Below, piece after piece: positions 1 to 11,649 of a DNA stretch of 64,000 bases. The position numbers and the translations under genes are program-made. Source of the stretch: Takakia lepidozioides (Eukaryota > Plantae > Bryophyta); contig CM060731.1 in the NCBI GenBank assembly GCA_030704615.1, forward strand, positions 43,090,001 to 43,154,000. The letters are read 5' to 3'. The notes beneath the pieces are model-generated. The model did no database searches. It saw only the letters and a list, made by a program, of their open reading frames with translations, and was not told where the DNA came from. The stretch's first letter is position 1. Each line of letters starts with the position of its first letter.

Positions 1-773
1 TTCTAGTACATAATCCAAGACTCGAGTTCTATTTTCAATTTCCAATCATTATAACCCTAAACGCGGGCAATCGCGAGAGGTTCCTTTTCATCTTCATCCT
101 CAGTTTTTCTAAACAAACTTCAGTAACTTATTGTTTCACTCTTTCTTAGTGTCCATCGATATAGTTCCGAATCATTAATCGCCAGAATCTCTACTGTAGG
201 ATACACGCGCGATCGCGCGAGGTTCGTGGAAATGTCGTTGTTCCAAACTAGTCAACAAGTTTTCCTCAGTCTTCAGGACTCGAACTCTATCGTCGCAACA
301 GCAGAATGTCTCAACGTGACTGGTTGAGTTTGCCATGGATGACAGCTAAACGAGTCCACAATATCTGTTGTTATAGTGTCTTGCGATCCGGCACATTCTT
401 CTGTGTCATTGCCATATCCGCACATGGATGCGGACTCTTTGGGAGAAGCAATCGGAACACCTGTCGTTTGGGATGTGGTGCAAATTCAACAAGATACTGG
501 GACTGACACCAACATCAACAATGAGGTTCCTCGGTTCTCGGACTATCAATCAACCGACTCTGCGTCAATGGCCAGTTCACGAGACACATGAGATTGGTCG
601 AACCGCCATTTAAAATCCTTGTAACGAGCACCCCGACGTGATGTTCTCCAACTTTCTCACAAAGTATCACCTCGTCAGGATGACATGCTTGAATTCTGCC
701 CTCGTACAAAGCACTTTGTTCATCTCCAAGGGAATACACAATTTATTTCTCCAACTATCTCTACCCATAGCAA

Positions 774-3079
774 GAGGCAGCCTATACTATATGCGCATAC
801 AAATGCATGCATATGGAGGAATGTATGCGTGCATACAAATTTTAGACTTTCGTGAAAGGCACACTCAGCTCTGTTATGAATGGAAAGATAATGCTACCTT
901 GGAGGATGCTACAACCACATACATTGCAATTCGGGCTTGGTGGCTCTCTTCAGGAGCATGCACAGAAAAGAGTCTGCCAAAATTGGATTCATGGCTTGCA
1001 TGGTGGCACTACAGATATCGAATGTGGGGCCAATGGATGAGAGAGGACATGGATGTGGAGGCAGATGCAGATATGCCTACCACTAATTTGTCGGAGGCAG
1101 TCCATTTTGCTTGGTGGAAGACAGCAGGCAATGGGAAAAAAATGAAGGTGGATCTATATGAGGCCACCATGCATGACATGTAACGAGCTCTTTTGCAGCA
1201 GGCAACATTTTACAGGCACACCACATGAAAGACATGGGGGACGGGGCCCGACAAAGAGGAGCTCATGTTGCGTCAAGCAGCTAGATCTAATAGCCCAGCA
1301 AAAATGGGTAAGGTTGTATGTGGCATAGTAACTGGAACACCCATGCACACAAGGGGGGTTCAATTGGAGGGAGACAATCGCACTGTTCCAGTCAAACGCA
1401 AGTTAGGCGATGAGCATGGTGGGCCAAACGAATCTTGGAGGTGTGATATGAATGTAAAGACCGTTCCAGTGCGTGCCACTGGGATGCCCAGTCCACACCA
1501 GCCATCTAGGTTTGTCAGCTCCAAATCAAGTCATGACATTCCTGGTTCTTCGACTTTCTGTGAGACAAATCCACATGTTGTTATCCCTCCTCAGCCAATG
1601 CAATGGGGAAATCCAGTGAGAGAGACACAAGACTTTTCCGATGCATTGTTCAGGATTCAGCGGACAGGTCCTGCTTCCATGGTTCGTTGTTCTGCCTTAG
1701 TTGGAGTTTCCAAGGATAAATGCAAAGCGCTCATCAGGAAAGGTAAAGGAAGTCCTGCACCTTGCTTCACTGGCAAATTACTAGCACCGAACATGAAAGA
1801 ACCAAAACTGTAAGTTTTTTGGTTTTGCCCCACAGATGTTTTGTCGTGTGTTGGAGGGACCGTGCCATCCTATTGCTTGGGAAAACCGGGTATACCTAAC
1901 GTGTGGCCTGTGAAGGTTGGAACCAACCTTACACAAGAAGAGTGGACAACTTGACCCTTGCAGGTTTTCGACTAGTTCATCCTCCCAACGTTCCTGATCC
2001 GAACTTTCCTGTGGGACCACTTCTAGTGGAACAACATATTCATCAAGGTGTTGTCCTTCCTGTGGGTAAGTATCCCACTATACGCTATGGGGTGTGCATT
2101 CGGCGTTGGGATCCGACTCCTTGACACTTGAGTCGCCAAGAGTCAGCGGAGACTCTTATTGCTGAGGTTCGTGGATTCAGAAACGTGCCTCAACCAGGTT
2201 ATGGGAGAATTTACCAGCTACAAACAGAGGGATCTACCAGAGCAGGATTGGTTTACAATGTATACATTGGTTAGTTTCCATCTTGTGATTGTCCCGACTT
2301 TGATGAGCTATCTGTCAAGAAGAAAAAACAAACATATCTACCTTGTAAGCACATGTACTTCATGTACAACGTGCATCTAGGATGCGCCGGGGCTTATGAG
2401 ATCCACCAACCTTCCCTTAGCCAGTTAGAGGTTAGGGCTATGCTAAAGAAGGACCCTAGTTCAACTTCTTAGTGACACATGAAATGCACAAAAAAAGAAC
2501 CTCTAACTTGTGCCGTTCATTTTCATGCATGTGACATGTAATTATCTTGTTACTACTTTATTCCAAACATGACACATAGCATTTGTTAGTACAGAAGTTC
2601 ATATTTTGGTTAAAATGGAACTTGTGTACCTGTCATACAAGTTTTTAAATTATAGAACTGCTTGGCATTACAAATAGACATGCAATGTGGTGGTTCCAAA
2701 CATAACACATATGCATTTGTTAGTACAAAGTCCATATTTTGGTTAATATGAAACTGTTTTCCTTGAATACAAGTTTGCAAACTATTACTTTGGCCAGGGA
2801 TCTTGTATTTTCTTCAGTTTAAGGTGGTGCATTAGTTGGAGGTAGGGGTCACATGCATCTTTGACCATTGACTACTGATTTTGTTAGCTAAGATTTTTTT
2901 TTTTCCCTATATACATATGATGTAACATTTGCATATGCAATAAATACGTCGTATTTTATGTTATATAACTCCACTGCATACAATCTACAATGTGTGCATA
3001 CAAATTTGTCACATGCATATACAATAAGGGATTTTGTGCATGCATGTACGCAACCTATGCATATGGAATAGCAACCCCC
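774..3079 (+). mobile_element. Mutator-like element A (internally deleted, non-autonomous)
   Basis: Imperfect TIRs: left GAGGCAGCCTATACTATATGC vs reverse complement of right end GGGGGTTGCTATTCCATATGC (14/21). Flanks CATAGCAA (766-773) and CATAGGAA (3080-3087) form an 8-bp TSD with 1 mismatch (up to 10 bp if the C-run is included). TGCATACAAAT/GCATATG subterminal motifs at both ends. Confidence 0.8.
845..2472 (+). pseudogene. 3' half of GCM-MULE-SWIM transposase
   Basis: WLAWWHYRY..MPTTNLSEAVH (MULE third catalytic E motif), FWFCP, SWIM SCDCPDF..PCKHMYF. Stops and frameshifts; N-terminal half absent. Collinear with 11650-15314 and 58278-61787. Confidence 0.85.
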
Positions 3080-3192
3080 CATAGGAACATCGTTATTCGA
3101 ATTGACATCTGCGGCTGATTACCATCCAAAATTCAATGAACAAATTGAATCTGACATGTCAAGGCCGTCATTTCCACCTATCTGTCTTGCAG

Positions 3193-5118
3193 GCGAATAA
3201 AATATGTGGGTTGAAGCCTATCTCCCAAGCAGCCATCAGCAAATCAGATAACGGATTTTTCCCAATGTCGAGGTTAGAAAAAGTGGTAGCACGTTTGCCA
3301 AATACACAGACTGTGAGATGCTCAAAGACCTAATCAAGAAGTCGGTCAAACGTAGCGATGAGCAGGCCTTGTACAAGAAAGCACTTGATAAGCACCTCAG
3401 GCTTCAGGAGTCTTGTAGGAGACTCTATCACAACTATGATGTCGTCTGAGTTCCTCTGTATCATTCATGACAAGACGGATCATCGAAAACCAGCTATTCC
3501 AAGGTTGCAGACGACTAACAAGATGGTCTCCGGCTTAGGTCATCTTCCAATCTCGCTAACCGGCATGGTCACCCACAACCATGGGGACGGAGCCTACAGA
3601 CAATACTCTCTGGACTTCTGGCCGGGAGACCCGAACTTCACGATTGGCTCTCTAGCAAGATGCCTCCGCCAACTAGAGAAGCCCTCTTGCCGCAAAAGTC
3701 GTAACATCTTTGACCACCCACCTCATAATTCCTTTTTCAAATTTCTCATGAAGGGTAAATCGAGGTGTCTCGACGTCCTGAAACCTTTTCGGCGATAAGG
3801 AGAAGAAAAAGGGAAAAGTCCCACTTCCACGAAGACTCTACCTGCAGTTGGACAACTGCGTGAAGGAAAACAAAAACAGGTGGATGCTGGCTTTTCTGTC
3901 GCTCCTAACTGCAAGAGGAGTGTTTGAAGAGATTCAGATGGGATTTCTCATGGTTGGCCATACCCATGAGGACATCGACGGATTCTTCAGTTATTTATCG
4001 AAGAAGCTGAAGCAAAACAGTACCTACGTTCTCTCCGATCTTATGAGGTTTTTTATGATCTCTCAAGATCTGCAATTTATTCCTCAAATCATTCAAGAGG
4101 TGCCAGATTTCAGGGCGTATGTGGACGGTTGCATTCTAGATGGAAAAGAGGCTTTAGTTGGGCAAACAGAAATGCGTGTATTTCGATTCTATGTAGATGA
4201 AGATGGTAGGCCTGTCATGAAGTTTAAGAAGTTTGCTACTGATTTTGAGTGGCTCCCCAAAAAAGGTGCGGTGAAGATGTGGAAGTCGAATCCCGATGGA
4301 TCTCCAAAGTTGCCTGTAGCAGTACAACCCAGGGCTGTAAAAAAAACACCAATTTGGGGTGTGGGAGATGACTCATCCGATAAATAGTCTTTTATCAAAA
4401 CTGGAATTAAAAAATACAGGGAGTTCTAGAAGAAGGGGATGTTGCTTGACGATCATTATCATCACATCATGATATAGTATGATCAATATTGGGAAGCAAT
4501 CCTTGCAGAACTTGATCTTCCCATTTCTAGAGAATCACGACATTCAATCGCGCTTAAAGAGGGTTTTTGGCCCTCAACCAAGTGGGCTGTCAACCACCAC
4601 AGAGCCGGAATCCATACACCTGTAGAGGATGATCTGTCGGAAGAAGATGAAGTCATGGAGCCGTATTGTGGCCCCCGGTGTGATAGACCGAAGCAGCCTC
4701 TAAATCCATTCTAGGACATTGAGAACGGATTCTTCGTCTTGGTTCAACCAGTAGATACTGTGACGTTTCCAGTTTGGATGGGGATGGCAATATCGGATGT
4801 GGTCCGCGACAGAGGATCCGGGAATTTTAAGAAGGTTCACGTCGAATGGTGGAGACCCAAGAAATGAGGTAGCCCTTCCGATTTGGACAGGTACAGAGAT
4901 TGTTGGTCCAAAGTTTGGGAGTTCAATCCAAATGATCCCCCTCAGTGGATTCACATTAACTCTGTCGTTTGGACAATGCCCGCCAGAAAAACACAACACG
5001 TAATAGCTCTAAGAAAATTACCACGGTGGAGGCGGAGAAAGCACGAGCAAATTTGGATGAGGCCAATCAACAGTCAGACAATGAAGACAATGCAACCTCG
5101 GACGGAGAACAAGGTTGA
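3193..5118 (+). pseudogene. DUF7869 / Sola-like DDE transposase, copy 1
   Basis: IIHDK.D, LDNCVKENKN, FLMVGHTHEDIDGFFS motifs; starts after an AG acceptor at 3191-3192; multiple TAG stops and frameshifts. Confidence 0.8.
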
Positions 5119-5829
5119 CAATGACATATTGTGGAGGTTCACTCCTCGGCATGTTTTCAAGAATAAAACTAATGTTTTACCTCCACTCTCCATTTGTTTC
5201 TCTTCACGTGTTCAAATATTAATCTACCTTCTTTACCAGCCACCAGTTTTTTTCCGGACCTCATCTCTGTAAAGTTTCAGGAATCTCGAGTGATCATCCG
5301 AAGTTCCTAGTTTTCCTGATGTCACTGCTTCCTTCTATTTGCAGTTCCTCTCTCACATTACACCCATTTCTTTTGGTTCTCTGGTTCTCACCAAAGTGTC
5401 TTCTCCTCAACAGATTCGCCCATCTCCTTCATTCTCGGTCCACATGGTCGTATTGTTGGGCTCAATATGATTGGTCTAAAAAATGTCCTGAGTATAGACC
5501 ACGTGACAATTTGTGAAAGTTGTTGCTTCAATGGACAAGCTTTCTCGCAGTTTACTGCTTGTGAATCTTGTGAATCTTCTCCCATTACTCGTCAGTAGCT
5601 TTCTGTAAGTCTGGCTTCAAGTACAGAGTTACATTTCCTTTACTGCCTTTTCGGACTATCTTAAGATTCTTCTCAATTTTCTTCATCACTAATCAGTCCT
5701 GAACCTCGCTTTGCCACCCGTTATTCCGTGTCATCTCAGGTCAATTTATCTTGGGTCTGTTTATTTTATTAGGACCTTCTAAAGACAATACTTCTGGGGC
5801 CTTCAATCCTTACATTGTCCTCACCTTAA

Positions 5830-6700
5830 ACCATATACCCTAATTCGAATGTTTGATGCGCATTCTTCAAGGGTTACAAGGTTGGGCATAATAGAATGGC
5901 CCTTGGGATATTTCATTCAAGTCTAATTTCTCAGGTGACAAATCACTTGTACACTTTCCCAGATTTTTTGGTCCATTCATACCCAGTAGTATGTTTACTA
6001 CACTACTTAACTCCGTACCCTAAAACCTAATTCCAATGTCTGATGCCTATTTAATTTATTGCTTCCAGTTTTGGGTGCGGTCGAAGTGGAGGGGATATTT
6101 CCTGAATTGTTGTACGACCTCCACGTAAAGACTCACATTCCGTAATTGTTTGTCCATTTATAGTTGTCTAAACCCTAAACCCTAAGCCCTTAAACGTAAC
6201 TCCATTGTTTGATGCGCATTCTTCATAGATTAGATACAATCTGTGGTTGGGAAATTTTATTCCCTAAACCCTAAATCATAGGTGACAAGTCATCTGTACC
6301 CTTCCCAATATTTTATTTTCCATTCATATCGAGTACTATGGTTAGTACCCTCGCAAACTACATACCCTAAAACCTAATTTCAATGTTTGATGCTTATTTA
6401 TTTATTACTTCCAATTTTGGGCACGGTCGAAGTGGTGGGGATAATATTTCATGAATTGTTCTACGTATGGGTAAAGACTCAAACTGCAGTTTTCTAAAAC
6501 CCGAAACCCTAAACCAAACTCCATTGTTTGATTCACATTCCTCATAGAAATTTGGATACAATCTGTGGTTGGGATATTTCATTAACAAATTTTCATAGGT
6601 GCCAAGTCATCTGTACACTTTCCCATATTTTCTTTTCCATTCATACCAAGTACTATGTTTCAATGTACCCTAGCAAACTCTATTACTTAAAACCTAATTC
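5830..6700. repeat. Degenerate ~330-350 bp tandem repeat (~2.6 units) with telomere-like AAACCCT motifs
   Basis: ACCCTAAAACCTAATT(C/T)CAATG at ~6017 and ~6365; CCATTGTTTGAT at ~6202 and ~6521; GGTCGAAGTGG twice; AAACCCTAAACCCTAA at ~6170. Probably subterminal to the DUF7869 element. Confidence 0.75.
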
Positions 6701-7339
6701 CAGCTTGGTTCAATGACTTTATAGCTGAATCTACATGACACTCTTCCACAATATGAACCTTTCGGAATGATCCCTAAATATTTTGAAACATAATTCACAT
6801 GTTTCATTGAAATCCAACCTTATTCCATTCAACGTTTTAATCCATCAATTGAAAACTTGCAATACATTGGTTTATGGTACTACTATACTATAAGCATGGT
6901 ATGGATGTTTACTTCTCATTTGTATATTATCTTCTTGAATCATCTGTTTATGTCATACATCTATCAATTTATTAATAACTTCATTCAATCGATCTTATCT
7001 GTATAATTTTCTGATGCAAAGTACGTCATTCGACTTACCATTCGATGTTACATGAATGGGATTGTGCAACTTCACAAGTTAAATGACTCAATATTCCACG
7101 ATATTATTATTATTACCTGAATTAATTTTAATTATGTTATATATTAAGTTTCGTCCGGATTTAAGCCAAAAGTCCGGAATTACTTAAAATAGGGTTCTCT
7201 GTCAGGCTGCCGACCGCACAAAGTATGTTCACATGCCCAGAAGTGCCAGAATAGGCATTGTGGACTCCCTCTCTTGATCCTCTAATTTCAGAAGCTGTGG
7301 TCATGGTTGAGGTGTCTGATTTTATCAATTGTGCCACTG

Positions 7340-7750
7340 CAGCTGCTGCCTTTAGTTGACCATCTACCCATGCAGGTTTCTTATAGCTACTAATCCACCT
7401 GGAATCAAGGTAATCTGGAGCTTGAAGTCCAGCCTTCTTGGATGAATCTGGACCCACACTCTATCCCTGCTCCTTCAGCTATCCATGCCACTACACAATT
7501 CATGCATACATCCTTGTCTTGCAGTTGATAATGACAGCCTAGATTTGTTCTAGGAAACACCCAACTCAGCTTATTACACTAGTTCTATACTGAATTGCAT
7601 CTACTACTCTCTTGTAATCTAACAAGCGTTCACCTTTTTGCCTCGGTGTCCCACCATTGACTGGGGTCAGAAAAGTATTCATTCCACAGCTTCTCCTCAT
7701 CTCTATTACGTGTTTTTTGATATTTTCCTGTTGTCACAAGGGCAGTATCA
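7340..7750 (-). pseudogene. OSB-type PDF-motif fragment (ssDNA-binding motif)
   Basis: EEKLWNEYFSDPSQWWD..GKK (7635-7700) and APDY..WISSYKKPAWVDGQL (7350-7425). 7590-7750 is a close copy of 26290-26456. Confidence 0.7.
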
Positions 7751-8339
7751 TGTCAAAGTCACTCCAAACTACCTTCACTCAACCAGCTAACTTGCAGAAT
7801 TCAACATGGAAATTTAGGGCCGATTCTGATAAGAGGGAAAAACAGGGTGAAATGTGTTGAAGAAGGTGCCTTGATTACCAGTTTAATTAAATATTCCAAC
7901 CACTCTAGTATGCAACCTCAAAGTTAGAGAAACAATTAATTCCGAGTGTCAAGCTTCAAACATTACAAAGATATTTTTGTGGTACTGAGCTTAGGCTAAG
8001 TTAAAGTATATTAGGTAAGAAACAAATATTATGAAAGAATAAGATTTAGAACCTATAAAAATGTCAAAAAAATCCAAACCAATCCAAAAAAATAAAAATG
8101 GAAAAGTGTTTAGGAGGTTATATAAAAACTTTGCAAGTATTACTAAGTAAAAGGTTTTTTTTTAAATCCCAACCACTCTAACAAAATTTATTGAAAGTGG
8201 TCCAAATTTGACTAGAAGAATGAACAACATTACAATTGAGTAGAACAACTATTTTTTATCCATCATTCGAAGTCATTGAGGTTTAAAACATTACAAGAAA
8301 ACAAGAAAGTTGGAGAGTTGTCTGCATTCACACCATTTT

Positions 8340-9431
8340 AGTTTTCATTATTTTGATGATTTGCTAGTTCCAAATTTGCTCTAGCATTGTCCGCCTCTTA
8401 AGCAGTTATCTTTTTTGTGCTTGCTTTTGTCGTATTTTTTCTCAGTGGCTTTGTCCACACTACATTGTCAACGTGAATCCATTGAGCGGGATCCATTGGG
8501 TTGAACTCCCAATTTTTGAACCAACAATCTTTGTATCTATCCGCATCCGTAGAATTGCCCCCTTTCTTCGGTCTCCACCACTCCACAAGAAGCTTTTTGT
8601 AATTACGATCTTCTCTATCTCGTACAACATCCGATATTGTCATTCCCATCCAAACAGGAAAAGTCTCCATATCATTTGGGCGAACAAGGACAAAAAATCC
8701 CTTCTCAATATCCTTGAATGGATTCAACGGTATTTTCGGACGTTCACATCTCGGCCCACAATACGGTTCCACAATATCTTCATTATCGGACAATGCAGAC
8801 TGTCTATGAACACCGTCTCTCCTGTGGTGCTCGACCCATTTTGTTGGTGGCCAAAATCCTTCGATAAGTTCGTCATTTGGCTCCTCTAACGAAAGGTTAA
8901 GTTCTTCAAGAATATCCGCCCAATATTGATCACATTGTTTCATGATATTTCCATATTGATCATCCAAGAGCTTTTTTTTTTCCCAAAAATCCATGTACTT
9001 TTTAATACCGGACTTGATGCAAGATTGTTTCTCCGATGCTTCCTCACCATCTCCCCAAATAGGTCTCTTACGGAGTAGTTTCGGTTGTCCAACTGGAAGC
9101 ATTGGAGAACCATCGTCTTTTGCTTTCCACATTTTAACATTGCCATTTTTTGGAAGCCAATCCGAATCTGTTGCAGATTTTTTGTATTGCATTAGAGGCT
9201 AGCTATCCGAATCAACAAAAAACCAAAAAATGTGCATTTCCATAGCTCCAATTAAAGCCTCATTCCCCTCCAAAATAAAGTCGTCGACAAAATCCTTAAA
9301 GTCTGGAACTTCTTGAATTATTTGTGGAATGAACTATAGGTCTTGAGATACCATGAAATTTTTCATGAGATCGGAAAGAACATATGTGTTGTTCTCTTTC
9401 AATTTCTTCGAAATGTAACTAAAATAAGCAT
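8340..9431 (-). pseudogene. DUF7869 / Sola-like transposase, copy 2 (3' half)
   Basis: AYFSYISKKLKENNTYVLSDLM..QEVPDF then ORF 8398-9192, clearly homologous to copy 1; truncated at ~9432 just after the HEDID motif position. Confidence 0.8.
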
Positions 9432-9680
9432 TGTCGTGCGCATACATATCGCTACACAACTACATCGTTGTCCAAAACCACACAACACATGCGCACACCA
9501 CACACTAGTATACTACTAGTCCAACCACTAGTTCAACCACTAGGCTACTACTAGTCAGTCACTAGGCTGCCACTATGCTGCCCACTATGGCAGTCACTAG
9601 TCCACACAATCGGCCCCCTAGCTGGTGCTTAGGTCCCTCTAAGTCCAGGTAGCCACAAGATGTGATAGTGACCATAGCCT
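9432..9680 (-). mobile_element. Possible LTR 3' part (other part 16080-16493) split by element B
   Basis: Minus strand ends ...GCACGACA; 16493 starts TGTCACGG. CACTAG/ACTAG short repeats. No TSD found. Confidence 0.35.
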
Positions 9681-9918
9681 GGGGGTTGCTATTCCATGAG
9701 CTCATGAGCGGGCATGGCTCACCCATGAGCCCCAAAGTAACACACTTCGAATTTCGGCAGATTTTATTCGGGCCAAAAACTATAAAATAATCGAAAATCG
9801 AAGATTTCCGCGCTCATGCTGGAAGCACTCCGCTCATGAGTACCAGTGTACGCTCATGACTTGGAGCCCAGGCTCATGGACCACCAGGCCAGGTCATAGA
9901 AAAACTGTATTCTGGGCA

Positions 9919-10400
9919 ATAACGGCACCGAAATTATCCCAGAGGCAGAGACGCAAGCGGAATTAGGATCCGGGTTTGCAGACTCCGAAAACGCAATGGC
10001 GACCTATAACCGTGGATAGTACTGTTGCAGAAGTGCAGGATGGTTGGGTATAAGGGCGCCGTAATTGGGCACAGGAAAAGAAATAGCCGGCTGAAGGCTC
10101 GGGAGTGAAGCCAACAACGGTGAAAGTAATTGGGCTCCGCCAACCAAATACTCGGCTGCATCCTCCGGAGTGCAGGCGATAACGGCGCCGAAATGGGCCC
10201 CGGAAACCAAATACTCGGCTGAAGCCACCGGAGTGCAGCCGATAACGGCGCTGAAATTGGGTCCGGAAACCAAATACCCGGTTGAAGGCTGGGGATTACA
10301 ACCAATAACGGCGCCGAAATTGACCTGCGGAAACAAAATTCTCGGCTGAAGCTTCCGCACTCCATCCAATAACGGCGCCGAAATTGGGCTCCGGAGAGCA
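9919..10400. repeat. ~63-bp tandem array (~7 units) with ATAACGGCGCCGAAAT
   Basis: Units at ~9919, 10050, 10112, 10178, 10241, 10304, 10368. Confidence 0.9.
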
Positions 10401-10506
10401 AATACCCGCCTTACGGTGAGGGAGGCCTTGCTCTCATTTTGCTCTTCACTCTTATCTGTTGTGCCCATCTCCTCCCTGCTTTGAGTTCGTGCTGTGTCGT
10501 GAGGCC

Positions 10507-11058
10507 ATGTCGTGCCCGAATCACATCTATCGACGCCAGACGGGAATCATTTTCCCGAAAGCAGACGACATCATTGTCTTCCTGGATGTTTACATGGACG
10601 ATCCTCGACTTGTCCAGCTGAGAGCAATGGAGTTTTTTCCAGGATTGCACGATTCTCCTGGACCCCGGCTGGGGAGCAGGTGGTTCCTACGCATCATGGA
10701 CCTGGACTTTCCGCATGAGTGGGAGCCGAACAGATCATGCACAGCGTTGCTGTATCGCTGGAGTTGTTGCGAGTGGACGTATGATGAGTGCATAGGTGAA
10801 AACTTTACGTGTGGACGGACTGGCTCGGAAAGTGGGGACATTCTCTTCAGTTATGAGGATGAGGAGGAGGGGAACACAGGGCCCACTGTGAAAATGTCCT
10901 TCTACCAAGGGGGCGCTATCGATAAACACGACATCCTCGTTATTTTCAACCGGGCGACAGAAACCACTGACATTTTGTTCAAATATAGGCACCCGGTCAT
11001 TGAGGAGGTCCTTGAGAGGCCAGTTAGAGTTCCTTCTTCTTGGGCGAGGGGACCATAG
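10507..11058 (+). CDS. Uncharacterised 183-aa accessory protein of element B
   Basis: Uninterrupted ORF, GCCATGT start context, convergent with the transposase; no family recognised. Confidence 0.5.
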   Translation: MSCPNHIYRRQTGIIFPKADDIIVFLDVYMDDPRLVQLRAMEFFPGLHDSPGPRLGSRWFLRIMDLDFPHEWEPNRSCTALLYRWSCCEWTYDECIGENFTCGRTGSESGDILFSYEDEEEGNTGPTVKMSFYQGGAIDKHDILVIFNRATETTDILFKYRHPVIEEVLERPVRVPSSWARGP

Positions 11059-11649
11059 GTAGACATGTTTCGACTCGCTGACACTCATGGCACATACATT
11101 TTCATTCAGAAATCAAGCAGCTTCCCTGTGCCATATGGGGAATATACATGCTTGGATAATCTTTTGTTAAGGTTTTTTGCAATTCACTGCCAGTATGCTG
11201 GGACGTGTCCTTTGTCGTATGGATTGCTGTTTGCACAAGGTGCAGTATGCAAATGCTGGAATGTGCAGTAGGACCCTTCCCACTGGGACACAGAACTAGC
11301 AATCTTGTAAAGGCATCACATTTGCAGAACAGTAACAATGTATTTGTAGCAAATTGGAGTCTTCTCATAAAGGTGGACGAAAACGCCAGGATGGGCTGCG
11401 AAATCACTACAAATTGAATGAAGAGACCATAAATACTATGCAGTACACAGACCATAAACGGCGCTGAAATAGGCCTCAATGCCCGTTAATCTCCACACAA
11501 TGTATGCTTTACTCGGATCCATTTGTAGACAACCAAAATACAAAAAGCATGCGCATGCCATTCATGGCCAAAAACCACATTCTCATGTATTGCGGCACCG
11601 AAATTCACTTGTAGCCATGGCGATGCGGCACCACCAAGTGTATAATTTC

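Noticed and set aside
6165-6520. Telomere or chromosome-fusion site
   Set aside because: Only 2-3 AAACCCT units embedded in a larger tandem repeat.
7170-7199. Right TIR of the DUF7869 element (..AGGGTTCTC)
   Set aside because: Plausible composition break, but no partner TIR or TSD in the window.
9934-10468. ORFs 9934-10401 and 10004-10468 as repeat proteins
   Set aside because: By-products of the 63-bp GC-rich array.
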